A stretch of DNA of 64,000 bases, from NCBI GenBank assembly GCA_963763125.1, contig CAVXMV010000005.1, forward strand, positions 1,037,562 to 1,101,561. The letters run 5' to 3'. This stretch comes from an uncultured Chloroflexia bacterium (lineage in GTDB: Bacteria; Chloroflexota; Chloroflexia; Thermomicrobiales; UBA6265). The notes under the pieces are model-generated. The model searched no databases, was not told the origin of the DNA, and worked only from the letters and a program-made list of their open reading frames with translations. This document shows, piece by piece, positions 30,768 to 39,896 of this stretch (position 1 is the stretch's first letter; each line of letters starts with the position of its first letter). A program made the translations under genes and the position numbers.

Positions 30768-31361
30768 TCAGGCCCCGGTGTGGGACTTGCGCCGTGTCAC
30801 ACCGAATGCAGCAGCGCCAGCCAACACTGCTCCGCCCATGATCAGGAGCGGCAGATACGCGCCTGACTCGGATCCTGAACCCTGGCCCGTGGTGGGGAGG
30901 GTCATGACCGCAGCCATGGTCGGTGATGCGCATTCATCGGAGGCCTGGGCGAAGGCACGAATGGTATTGCCAGAGGTCTCCGGCACCTCGGTTGGAGCCA
31001 CGGTCGGCTCGATTGTTGGTTCTTCGGTCACCACAGTCGTGGCGGCCGGGGTTGTGCAGGGATCGACTGGCGGGCAGTCGTCATCGGATTGGGCGAAGGC
31101 GCGAACGTTGGATCGCCCGCCGACTGGTTCTTCGGTCGGAACCTGAGTCGGGGCCTCAGTTGGAACCTCGGTCGGAATTTCCGTTGGGATCTCGGTGGGA
31201 ACCACTGTTTCCACCGGAGTTTCGGTGACAACCGGTGTCTCGGTCACACAGGGGTCATCCTGGGCCGAGGCCGGGGCGCCGAGCATGGCCATCATGCCAA
31301 GCAACATGAAGATCAGAGCAAGCTTGCGCGTCACTCCTCCAAGCGATTGATGCATCGGCAA
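30768..31361 (-). CDS. LPXTG-anchored surface protein with PTE/V tandem repeats
   Basis: Signal peptide, then 'TETPVVTETPVETVVPTEIPTEIPTEVPTEAPTQVPTEEP', then C-terminal 'LPTTGQGSG', a TM segment and 'RRK'. Confidence 0.8.
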   Translation of the reverse strand: MPMHQSLGGVTRKLALIFMLLGMMAMLGAPASAQDDPCVTETPVVTETPVETVVPTEIPTEIPTEVPTEAPTQVPTEEPVGGRSNVRAFAQSDDDCPPVDPCTTPAATTVVTEEPTIEPTVAPTEVPETSGNTIRAFAQASDECASPTMAAVMTLPTTGQGSGSESGAYLPLLIMGGAVLAGAAAFGVTRRKSHTGA

Positions 31362-31947
31362 AAGCTCTCCTTCCCTCTAAATACATAACGTGGGCCAATA
31401 CGGACATCTCTCGATTATAGGCATTCGTACGATGGATAAGTCGAGCTTCATGATGAATCGTGGCAAGATTCATGTATTGGAATCCGGGATCCTGCCAGAC
31501 CGGTTGAACGTCGAGGAAGCCCGCATGGCGCAGGGAGCATGGCGGGAGAGGATGACAAGGATGCCGTATGGGTGGGATCAACCTGCATCGTTCATCTTTT
31601 GCTACCATGCACGTCGGCCATGCTGCATCGTCACCGCTTCCACACGCGAGCCAAGACCCTCCCGGTGAATCAACGGCTGGCACCACAGGCGACGACCCTA
31701 CCCGCCTTCACCCGTCAATCACCCGGGTTACTGCCCGGATGTCCGGACGAACCGCAAAGCGAGTGACGAAGGAGAAACTTGCCGCTGGCGCTAGATTTCG
31801 TGAGGAGGCATCAGGGATGACACAACCACGGATGCGATTGTCGTTTCCCTTTGGGTTCGGAGCGGACTACATCCCGCCGGTCTGTCCGAGCGCGAAGGGT
31901 CGGCGGCAAGTCATGTCGCCCGCGCAGCTAATCCAAACGACAAGATA

Positions 31948-33114
31948 GTGAATCCGATCGTGGCGACCGACATCGCCCACCGCCTGTCGTGGAAGCAGGC
32001 GCTTGCCTGGCGGATGGAGCGACATCACCTCCTCGAGCGGGCTGCGCCGTCTGACCTGGTCCGCGTGGCTGGCGATATATGTGGCTTACACGCACAGGTC
32101 ATGTCTTCGGCCGAGTTGAGCTTATGGGCCCGGATCGAGGGCCTGGAACGCAATGCCGTTCAGGAAGCGCTGTGGATGAATCGGGCGCTCCTGAAGCTCT
32201 GGGCAACGCGTGGCACCCTCTACCTTCTCCCATCCACAGAGCTGGGCGTGTGGCTCCCCGCGTTCAGCACGTACACGAAGTTCGGGAATACCGGACATCC
32301 CGAGATCGACATCCTCGCCGACGCTGTCGGTCGTGCCCTCGAAGGTCGCCTCCTCACACGGGAGGAATTGGCGCGCGAGGTCGAGGAGATCACGGGGTCT
32401 GAATCGTTCGGCGAGTTCGTCCGCTTCAGTTGGGGGTCGTACCTCAAGGCAGCCTCTTTTCGGGGCCTGATCTGCTTCGCCCCAAGCGATGGGACACAGG
32501 TGAGATTTACGAGCCCGACGACATGGGCGCCCAACGAAATCGACAAGCTCGAGCCGTTGGATGCGCTTCGTGACATCACACGCCGTTTCCTGGGCGCCTA
32601 TGCACCAGCCACGCCCCAAGATCTCGCACGATGGTGGTTGGGACCACCCATGCCCAGGCGAGGGAAACAGATGCTCGCGGGACTGTCTGGGGAGGCGATC
32701 GAGTTAGACGTCGAAGGTCAGCGCCGCTGGGCATTGGCGCGGGACGTGCACGACATGCAATCCGCCGCACCGGCCAAGGTGGCACGGCTGCTCCCTGCGT
32801 TCGACCCCTGGGTGATCGGCGCTTCCCGTCATACCCCACTACTCGAATCACAGGACCAGGGACGCGTCTTCCGGAAGCAGGGCTGGATCTCCCCGGTGCT
32901 GCTCGTGAACGGTCGGATAGTTGGCGTTTGGAGGCATGAGCGAAAGGGCCGCCGACTCGTGGTCGAGATGGAGCCCTTTGGCAGGTTGCCCGCATGGGCC
33001 CACACGCAGCTCGAGGCCGAGGCGGAGCGGCTCGCAGCGTTTCTCGGTGGTGAGCTCTCGGTGAGGTGGGAGAGCCAGGACGTATTTGCAAACTCCGGTG
33101 GAATGGGAACATAG
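31948..33114 (+). CDS. winged-helix DNA glycosylase-like protein (YcaQ/AlkZ, DUF1006 family)
   Basis: 'ICGLHAQVMSSAELSLWARI' and 'LLKLWATRGTLYLLPSTELGVW' fit the DUF1006 pattern. GTG start. Confidence 0.75.
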   Translation: MNPIVATDIAHRLSWKQALAWRMERHHLLERAAPSDLVRVAGDICGLHAQVMSSAELSLWARIEGLERNAVQEALWMNRALLKLWATRGTLYLLPSTELGVWLPAFSTYTKFGNTGHPEIDILADAVGRALEGRLLTREELAREVEEITGSESFGEFVRFSWGSYLKAASFRGLICFAPSDGTQVRFTSPTTWAPNEIDKLEPLDALRDITRRFLGAYAPATPQDLARWWLGPPMPRRGKQMLAGLSGEAIELDVEGQRRWALARDVHDMQSAAPAKVARLLPAFDPWVIGASRHTPLLESQDQGRVFRKQGWISPVLLVNGRIVGVWRHERKGRRLVVEMEPFGRLPAWAHTQLEAEAERLAAFLGGELSVRWESQDVFANSGGMGT

Positions 33115-33144
33115 CCGCGGCCAGGGAGCATGCCAGGCCAGGGA

Positions 33145-33177
33145 GTTCGGGGCGACACGGAAGTCGCCCCTACGAAC
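33145..33177. repeat. palindromic element, family B (GGGGCGAC/GTCGCCCC stem with a CTACG tail)
   Basis: gttc-ggggcgac-acggaa-gtcgcccc-tacgaac, lying between convergent genes. Confidence 0.75.
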
Positions 33178-33207
33178 GGTCGCCTCGCGCGAATTTCCAG
33201 AGACACC

Positions 33208-33816
33208 CTAGTTGATGCGGTGCGCCCGGGTGATGATCACGTGCGGATCGAGCGACTGTCCGTTCGACGGCTGGGTTTGGATCGTGCGCACCACATCCAT
33301 CCCGTCGATCACCTGACCGAACGCCGCAAACCCCTGGCCATCGGGGTTCCGCTGGCCACCGAAATCGAGCTGCTGCTGATCGTTGATGCAGATGAAGAAG
33401 TCCGATACGGCGCTGTCTGGCGTGAGGCGGGCCATGGAAATCGTGCCGTCGAGATGACGCAATCCCGTGTCGCTCGTGCGTTCCAGCGCGAGTGCCGGCC
33501 GCTGCTCGCCGGAGCGGGCCTGGTCGATGCCGCCCTGGATCACTTCGATGGCGATGGTGTCGTTGGGCAGGTTGCTGCGATCTGCACCGGGATCGATGCC
33601 GTCGCCGATCGCCTCTTCCTTGAGGTTGGCGTTCGACTGATTGTCGAGCCGCACCGTACGGTGGAATTTGCCGCCATCGTACAAGCCGCCATCGACATAG
33701 AACAGGAAGTTATCGGTCGTAGCGGGTGCGTGCAGCGCATCGAGGCGCACGACAATGGTGCCGAAGGCTGTTTCCAGCACGATATCCACATGTTCCGCGT
33801 TGTTCTGGTCGGTCAC
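33208..33816 (-). CDS. cyclophilin-type peptidyl-prolyl cis-trans isomerase
   Basis: 'FGTIVVRLDALHAPATTDNFLFY', 'FHRTV' and 'FGQVIDGMDVVRTIQ'. Confidence 0.9.
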   Translation of the reverse strand: MTDQNNAEHVDIVLETAFGTIVVRLDALHAPATTDNFLFYVDGGLYDGGKFHRTVRLDNQSNANLKEEAIGDGIDPGADRSNLPNDTIAIEVIQGGIDQARSGEQRPALALERTSDTGLRHLDGTISMARLTPDSAVSDFFICINDQQQLDFGGQRNPDGQGFAAFGQVIDGMDVVRTIQTQPSNGQSLDPHVIITRAHRIN

Positions 33817-33822
33817 CGATGT

Positions 33823-33890
33823 TCTCCTGATTTACGTGTCTGTTGCTGCCGCGTTCCTCCAGCGGAACCGTGCCCGGCAACCATCGCACA
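33823..33890 (-). repeat. 68-nt element, copy A (contains the SD and leader of the cyclophilin gene)
   Basis: tctcctgatttacgtgtctgttgctgccgcgttcctccagcggaaccgtgcccggcaaccatcgcaca is 65/68 identical to 39171-39238 in the same orientation. Confidence 0.9.
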
Positions 33891-34012
33891 TCCAGGGCTG
33901 GGCAGGAAGCTCCAGGCACGCCCGCCACACCCAGGCCGAAGATGCCGCGTGGGCTGCGGGATCGCGAATCCTGGCCAACCGGCGTTCGTGACCGGAACAT
34001 GGACAGGGAGCG

Positions 34013-34477
34013 TCAAGCACGACCAGGCGGCGGTCCCGTGATGTCGATACCGTACCGGGCGGCGGACGCGACCAGGCGCTCGATGGCCTCGCTCGAATCG
34101 GCGTCCGTGCTGGCCATGGCAGCCTCATGAAGCTCGGTCAGGTAACCTTCCGCCCCGCCTGGCGTCAGAATCACCAGGAGGCGCGCGACCTCGGAGTCAA
34201 TCGCGTAGCCATGCTCGGTGCCTCTTGGCAGCAGCACGCACGATCCAGGTCCAGCCGGGAAGTGTCGGCCGTCGATCTGGAACCTGAGATGACCGTCCAC
34301 AATGTAGATCAGCAAATCTTCGTGCCGATGTCGGTGGAGGGGTGGCTCGTGCCCCCGCCGGGCGATTCGCTCGGTTACAGACACCCGGTTGCCGACGTCG
34401 ATGCTTCCCGAGAGGATTCGAACGTGGTCCCAGCCTGGTCCCGGCGCGGCAAGCGGACCAATGATTCGGGCGTTCAT
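34013..34477 (-). CDS. cupin-domain protein
   Basis: 'PLHRHRHEDLLIYIVDGHL' and 'LLPRGTEHGY' are cupin motifs 1 and 2. ATG with a GAGGAG RBS. Confidence 0.8.
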   Translation of the reverse strand: MNARIIGPLAAPGPGWDHVRILSGSIDVGNRVSVTERIARRGHEPPLHRHRHEDLLIYIVDGHLRFQIDGRHFPAGPGSCVLLPRGTEHGYAIDSEVARLLVILTPGGAEGYLTELHEAAMASTDADSSEAIERLVASAARYGIDITGPPPGRA

Positions 34478-34622
34478 GAGCGTGTCACTCCTCGATTGTA
34501 CCGTTGGGACCGGGTGCGGCTCCCCACCCAAATCCATTGTGAACGCCCAGCCGGTGTGAAGCGACTGACAACACCGTCACATACCCCTCACAGTTCTGTC
34601 GTGCCGGCGATAGACATCCCGG

Positions 34623-37277
34623 TTGGCTGCTGAGCCGCATGGTATCGTTCAGGCGTTGGGATCGGGGCGTGCGGAAGCGGGGGTAGCAGCAGTGGCACGA
34701 GCGGAGCCGTCAGCGTTCGGGGTGTGGTTGCGAAACCATCGGGAGATGGCCGGGCTCACCCAGGAAGAACTTGCTGCCCGCGCCGGATTGACCGCAAACA
34801 CCATCGCCGCGCTCGAGCGTGGTCGGCGGCGACGCCCCTATCCGCATACGGTGCGGGCGCTCGCCGCGGCACTGGGGCTCGACGAAGACGAGTGGGCTGG
34901 CCTGCCGGCCATGGTTGCCGATGCCGCCGCCATGGCCCCTATCGCGGCCTCTGGCCCGGCGCCGGTCATTGGCACCTCGCCAACCCCGCTCATCGGCCGT
35001 GACCAGGCGCTCTCCGACATCCTGGAATCGCTCCAAAATCAGCACGCCAGGCTCGTCACCCTCACCGGGCCAGGTGGGGTCGGCAAGACATCGCTGGCCC
35101 TGGAGGTAGCGCGAAACGCCGCGGATGCGTTCCCCGACGGTGTGGTCGTCGTTCCACTTGACACGCTGGACGATCCCGCGCTAGCCATCTCGTGGATCAC
35201 CGCCAGGGTGGGTCTGGGCGGCCTCGCCAGGAATGACGAGATGGCGGCGCTTCACAGGTATTTTCAGGACCAGCGCATCCTCCTCATCCTGGATAACGTC
35301 GAGCACCTGCTCCCTGCCGCCCAGGACATCGCCGCACTCGTGGCCGCAAATCCTGGGCTGAAGGTGCTGGTCACGAGCCGTGCGCCACTGCGTGTGCGAG
35401 GCGAGCTGGAGTATCCGGTCGGCCCGCTGCCGGTGCCTGACCTCGGCCACATCCCGACACCCGACGAAATCCTCACCTCAGAGGCGGTCCAGCTCTTCAT
35501 AGAACGGGCCCGGGCGATTACCCCATCGTTCGAGGTCACCCAGGCCAACGCCACCGCCATCGCGGCGATCTGCCGGCGCCTGGACGGATTGCCGCTGGCC
35601 CTCGAACTGGCGGCAGCCCGGCTCCGGATCCTCACCCCAACCGAGGTGCTGGCCCGTCTCGACCAGTCCCTTCCCCTGTTGACGGGCGGCGCGCGCGACT
35701 TGCCGGAACGGCAGCGCACGATTCGCCAGGCGATCGCCTGGAGCTACCGTATCCTCGGTCCCGGGGAGCAGGCACTTTTCCGGCGACTGTCGGTCTTCCT
35801 GGGAAGCTGGGACGCAGCCGCGGCCGAAGCGATCGGGACCGCGGCTGCGCCGGTCGCAACCTCTACCCTGGACGTGTTGTCCGCGCTGGTCGAGCACTCG
35901 CTCGTCGTCGCCGATTCCACCGGCGGCATCATGCGCTACCGCATGCTGGAGACGATCCGCGCCTTCGGACGAGAACAACTGGAGGCGAGCGGCGAACTCG
36001 ACGACGTGGCGCGGGTCCATGCCCATTGGTACCTGAAGCTGGCCGAACAGGCGGCGGCGCACTACTACGGTCCGGATGAAGACGAGTGGCTCGATCGCCT
36101 GGAGCGCGACCACCCGAATCTGCGGGCAGCGGTGATCTACGCGCTCCAGGTTGACGACCAGCCCCTGCTGCTCCAGCTCGTCGCGCGGCTGGGCCGGTTA
36201 TGGCTCATGCGCGAGTATTTCCGTGAAGAGGAGTCCCTGGTGGACCGCTCCCTTCGCATCGTGCGCCAGTCCGCGCCCTCCCCGGACGGGGCAACCGTGC
36301 TCTTCGACGTCGGGCGACTGGCCTGGAACCGGGGGGACAGGGCCGCCGGCATCGCGCTACTCCGCGAGAGCCTCGGCATGTGGCGAACGCTCGGCGACGA
36401 CCGTGGCGCCTGCCGCGCGGCGGTCATCCTCGCCAACATGCTGCGGCTCGATGGCGATACGGCCGCGGCCCAGACCCTGCTCCGCGAGGCCCTGGCGGCG
36501 CTGGACCGGCTGGGCGGCGAACCGTACTGGCGTTCCATGGCATTGCGATTGCTCGGCATCATGGCGCTGGAGCAAGCGGATTGGCCGAGGGCGGAGTCGC
36601 TCCTGACCCAGGCACTCGACACCGCCCGGGATGGCAGGATCCGGTGGGCGATGGCGTCGGCGCTGCACAACCTGGCCCATTTGGTCTTCCTCCGCGGTGA
36701 TCACCCGCGGTCGCTTGCCCTGTTCCGGGAAAGCCTCCTCATCGCCTTTGGGCAGCGGGACCGCTGGGCCGTGGTCGTGACGCTCCCGGCGCTGGCGGAG
36801 GTACTTGCCGCGTCCGGCAGCACCACGGAGGCGATCCGGCTCTTCGCGGCATCCAGCAGCCTCAACGAGGCGGTCGCCGCGCGGTTCATCGCTGCGGTCC
36901 CGGAGGTCGAGAGCCATCAACGGGCGATTGCCGCCGCGCGGGCCACCCTTGGCGACGACGCGTTTGCGGCCGCCTGGGACGCAGGCCGATCGTTGTCCCT
37001 CGAAAGCGCCATCGATGAGGCGGTCAGGGCTGTTGAGCAGCGCCTGCACCCTTCCCCCCTGGCCGCCCCGGCGACGCTGCTTCCCGCGGGTCTCACGTTG
37101 CGGGAGGTCGAAGTCGTCAGGCTCGTGGCGGCCGGGATGACCAACGCTCAGGTTGCCGATCGGCTCTACCTGAGTCGCCGCACTGTCGATGCCCACCTGC
37201 GACGAATCTACGACAAGCTCGACCTGTCCAGCCGAACCCAGATCGTCACCTTCGCCCACGAACACGACCTGCTCTAG
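34623..37277 (+). CDS. STAND (NB-ARC-like) regulator with an N-terminal XRE HTH and a C-terminal LuxR HTH
   Basis: 'LRNHREMAGLTQEELAARAGLTANTIAALERG' is the XRE HTH. The P-loop is 'LTGPGGVGKTSLA'. 'LILDNVEHLL' and TPR-like repeats follow. 'LTLREVEVVRLVAAGMTNAQVADRLYLSRRTVDAHLRRIY' is the LuxR HTH. The start codon is uncertain (TTG at 34623 or a downstream GTG). Confidence 0.85.
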   Translation: MAAEPHGIVQALGSGRAEAGVAAVARAEPSAFGVWLRNHREMAGLTQEELAARAGLTANTIAALERGRRRRPYPHTVRALAAALGLDEDEWAGLPAMVADAAAMAPIAASGPAPVIGTSPTPLIGRDQALSDILESLQNQHARLVTLTGPGGVGKTSLALEVARNAADAFPDGVVVVPLDTLDDPALAISWITARVGLGGLARNDEMAALHRYFQDQRILLILDNVEHLLPAAQDIAALVAANPGLKVLVTSRAPLRVRGELEYPVGPLPVPDLGHIPTPDEILTSEAVQLFIERARAITPSFEVTQANATAIAAICRRLDGLPLALELAAARLRILTPTEVLARLDQSLPLLTGGARDLPERQRTIRQAIAWSYRILGPGEQALFRRLSVFLGSWDAAAAEAIGTAAAPVATSTLDVLSALVEHSLVVADSTGGIMRYRMLETIRAFGREQLEASGELDDVARVHAHWYLKLAEQAAAHYYGPDEDEWLDRLERDHPNLRAAVIYALQVDDQPLLLQLVARLGRLWLMREYFREEESLVDRSLRIVRQSAPSPDGATVLFDVGRLAWNRGDRAAGIALLRESLGMWRTLGDDRGACRAAVILANMLRLDGDTAAAQTLLREALAALDRLGGEPYWRSMALRLLGIMALEQADWPRAESLLTQALDTARDGRIRWAMASALHNLAHLVFLRGDHPRSLALFRESLLIAFGQRDRWAVVVTLPALAEVLAASGSTTEAIRLFAASSSLNEAVAARFIAAVPEVESHQRAIAAARATLGDDAFAAAWDAGRSLSLESAIDEAVRAVEQRLHPSPLAAPATLLPAGLTLREVEVVRLVAAGMTNAQVADRLYLSRRTVDAHLRRIYDKLDLSSRTQIVTFAHEHDLL

Positions 37278-37335
37278 GTCGCCCCTCCTCGTTCCGCCCT
37301 GCCAATGCTGTTCCTCCTCGTGCAATGCCTGCCCG

Positions 37336-37370
37336 TTAGGTAAGGCCGTGTCGCGTGGATTAGGTAAGGC
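37336..37370 (+). promoter_or_regulatory. perfect 11-nt direct repeat (candidate operator) between the regulator and the SH3b genes
   Basis: ttaggtaaggc at 37336-37346 and at 37360-37370, 24 nt apart. A related ttaggta occurs at 18788-18794, upstream of the methyltransferase relic. Confidence 0.3.
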
Positions 37371-37599
37371 GGTTCGGTGCACCTACCGAAGCGGGCAACC
37401 GCCACGAAGGGCAGTATTGCAGCAGTGATCACAACCATCGTGGGACCGGTCGCCAGAAAGGCGCACCGGGATTCACGAAACCAGGGTCCACAGCAATTCG
37501 TCGGGTTCCCTGCTCCGCGCAGGACTGGCGATTGCCCATACAGTCGAGCGTTTGATCGACCCGATTCACGCACCGCCCACACCCGGGCAGGAGATTCAC

Positions 37600-38358
37600 A
37601 TGGCCACCATGCACCACCTGATCGAAGGCAACGGCATCGCCGATACCCTTGGCAAACCCATGCACCGGCGCTCGCTCCTCAAGTCCCTGGCCGGGATCGG
37701 CGCAGCCGCGATTGCGGTGAAGACCATCGGCCCGGCCGCCGCCAACCATACCGAACAGACCTACACGGTCAGTAGCAATGCCAACTTCCGGTCCGGCCCC
37801 GGCGCCAACTACAGCCTCATCGGCGTGGTGACCACGGGCGCCACCTTCCAGATCAACGGCCAGGTCCAGAACGGCTATGCCGGCATCATCTACCAGGGCA
37901 AGACCGGCTGGGTGCTGGCGTCCCTCGTCGTGGAGGCCGGCGGTGGCGGGGGCGGCACCCCGACCATCACCGGCCAGGGCTGGACCACCGCTTCGGTCAA
38001 GCTCCGCTCGGGACCAGGGACGACCTATACCGTGCTGAAGGTCGTCCCTGGTGGCGTCAAGATCGGCACGAGCACGACCGTGAAGAACGGGTTCCGGTTC
38101 GTAACGGACGGTTCGCAAGCAGGTTGGATGTCGGATGCCTACATCAGCGCCATCAACCCTGGTGACCCGGCCGGGGATTACGCCACGACCACCGCGAACG
38201 TGAACTTCCGGACCGAGCCGAGCGCGAATTCGCCGATCATCCAGGTGATCCCGGCGGGCTCGAAGGTGCTGCTGCTGCACGTGAACTCGGGCGATTACAC
38301 CAAAGTAGCCTTCAACGGCAAGCAGGGCTGGGTCCACAGGAATTACATCAAGCTCTAG
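37600..38358 (+). CDS. Tat-signal protein with three bacterial SH3 (SH3b) domains
   Basis: Twin-arginine 'HRRSLLKSLAGIGAAA'. Three repeats of the type 'ANFRSGPG..Y..IG.V..G..F......NG(Y/F)...Y.GKTGW' follow. No catalytic domain is present. Confidence 0.8.
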   Translation: MATMHHLIEGNGIADTLGKPMHRRSLLKSLAGIGAAAIAVKTIGPAAANHTEQTYTVSSNANFRSGPGANYSLIGVVTTGATFQINGQVQNGYAGIIYQGKTGWVLASLVVEAGGGGGGTPTITGQGWTTASVKLRSGPGTTYTVLKVVPGGVKIGTSTTVKNGFRFVTDGSQAGWMSDAYISAINPGDPAGDYATTTANVNFRTEPSANSPIIQVIPAGSKVLLLHVNSGDYTKVAFNGKQGWVHRNYIKL

Positions 38359-38407
38359 GCATCACCGGTTGCGATTTTGTCACCTGCGCACGAAAGGCAC
38401 ACTCCGA

Positions 38408-38977
38408 ATGATCCTGACTGACACACTCGTCAACGGCACCACCATCGCCGAGACCCTTGCCAAACCCATGCACCGGCGCTCGCTCCTCAAATCCCTGGCC
38501 GGCGCCGGGGCGGCGGTTGCCCTCGCGGCCACGGCCATCGGCCCGGCCGCCGCCAACCATACCGAGCAGACCTACACGGTCAGCGCGAACGCCAATTTCC
38601 GCACGGGACCGGGCACCAGCTACGCCAAAATCGGCGTCATCGCGAAAGGCGCCACCTTCAAAATCAACGGCCAGGTCCAGAACGGCTACGCCGGCGTGAT
38701 CTACGGGGGCAAGACCGGCTGGGTGCTGGCATCCCTCGTCGTGGCGGCTGGCAGCCAACCGGCTCCTCCGACTCAGCCGCCCGTGATCATCGGCAGGTCG
38801 GTAACCACCACCGCCAACGTCAACCTCCGCTCCGGGCCGGGCACGACGTACGCGGTACTGAAAGTGGTTCCCGCCGGCTCACAGGTTGGCACCACCACCT
38901 ACATCCAGAATGGCTTCCGCTACGTGGTGTCCAACGGCGTCCTCGGCTGGATCTCCACCGCCTACCTGAGCTCCTAG
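38408..38977 (+). CDS. Tat-signal protein with two SH3b domains (tandem paralogue)
   Basis: The N-terminus is nearly identical to the upstream gene at both DNA and protein level ('LAKPMHRRSLLKSLAG...ANHTEQTYTVS'). Confidence 0.8.
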   Translation: MILTDTLVNGTTIAETLAKPMHRRSLLKSLAGAGAAVALAATAIGPAAANHTEQTYTVSANANFRTGPGTSYAKIGVIAKGATFKINGQVQNGYAGVIYGGKTGWVLASLVVAAGSQPAPPTQPPVIIGRSVTTTANVNLRSGPGTTYAVLKVVPAGSQVGTTTYIQNGFRYVVSNGVLGWISTAYLSS

Positions 38978-39170
38978 GCCGGAACGCGAACGACACCGGT
39001 CTCCAGGGCTGGATACACCAGGCATATGTCAAAGAGGCCGGTCAACCGGGCAAGCAAACTCACACCTACGACGGGCCCGGCAGGGTGGAACAATCCTGCC
39101 GGGCCCGATTCGTCCTCCCCACCGTCCCGGCGTCCCGATCGGGCCCGGCGCAACCTGTCCCCGCGATTGG

Positions 39171-39238
39171 TCTCCTGATTTACGTGCCTGTTGCTGACGC
39201 GTTCTTCCAGCGGAACCGTGCCCGGCAACCATCGCACA
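39171..39238 (-). repeat. 68-nt element, copy B
   Basis: tctcctgatttacgtgcctgttgctgacgcgttcttccagcggaaccgtgcccggcaaccatcgcaca. No minus-strand gene follows it. It lies 179 nt upstream of the scaffold-like gene. Confidence 0.9.
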
Positions 39239-39416
39239 CCGGCCACCGATGCGGTATGCCAGAAACCGGGCATGTGTTCCAGTCGCCATTGCCATCCAGG
39301 AATCCGGTTTTGGCGCACATCCGAGTCGATGATGCGTTCGCTCAGGCAGGTACAGCACCGGCAATCCGGATTCGGCCAGCGATCACGCAGCGCGGAATAC
39401 AAGGAGTGAGCATTCC

Positions 39417-39764
39417 ATGACTGGTTTCATCGATCCCCTGGAGGCTAATGGCAGCGAGCCGGAACTCGACGCGGCGGCAGACCTGGCGAGTGTGCGCGAC
39501 CTCGTGTTGAAGGCGCATCCGGACGTTGTGCCGGAACTTGTGCGCGGAGCATCGATTACCGAGTTGCTGGCAAGCATCGAACCGGCCCACCTGGCGTATG
39601 AGCACCTCGCGACCAGGATCCAGGATGGCCTCCCCCCGACGGTCGCCTTGCCGGTGGTTCCAGCAGGTGGCACAGGCCCGGTTCCGCTGGACCTCGACCA
39701 GATCCCAACCTCCGAGAAGCTCCGACGCGGAATCGAGAACCGGGCACGGGTAGCGACACCGTAG
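39417..39764 (+). CDS. acidic helical protein, phage head-scaffold-like (tentative)
   Basis: AAGGAG RBS. It sits directly upstream of a capsid-fold gene. 'AHPDVVPELVRGASITELLASIEPAHLAYEHL' resembles scaffold or protease C-terminal segments of HK97-like phages. Confidence 0.5.
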   Translation: MTGFIDPLEANGSEPELDAAADLASVRDLVLKAHPDVVPELVRGASITELLASIEPAHLAYEHLATRIQDGLPPTVALPVVPAGGTGPVPLDLDQIPTSEKLRRGIENRARVATP

Positions 39765-39786
39765 CCCTGCATAGCCCCGCACCTTC

Positions 39787-39807
39787 GGGAACCCACAGGG
39801 GGTTCCC
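39787..39807 (+). repeat. hairpin between the scaffold-like and capsid-like genes (family B-like, CCCCTAC tail)
   Basis: gggaaccc-acagg-gggttccc, followed by ctac. Confidence 0.5.
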
Positions 39808-39896
39808 CTACAAGCTTGGGCCTCTCCCGTTACGAGACCTGGTTGCAAACGAACTGTCCGGATGTCATATCGCTCACAAAAGAGGGGGGATTTTCC

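Noticed and set aside
31090-31260. Regular short DNA repeats that could be mistaken for a CRISPR-like array.
   Set aside because: They are 12-nt in-frame codon repeats encoding the PTE/PTEV stalk of the LPXTG protein. There is no repeat-spacer structure.
33130-34041. 303-aa plus-strand ORF across the cyclophilin locus.
   Set aside because: Antisense of the cyclophilin gene, with no recognisable motifs. It also runs through the 68-nt repeat and the intergenic DNA.
37429-38758. Minus-strand ORFs 37429-38337 (302 aa) and 38348-38758 (136 aa).
   Set aside because: Antisense to the SH3b genes, which have clear Tat signals and repeated SH3b motifs.
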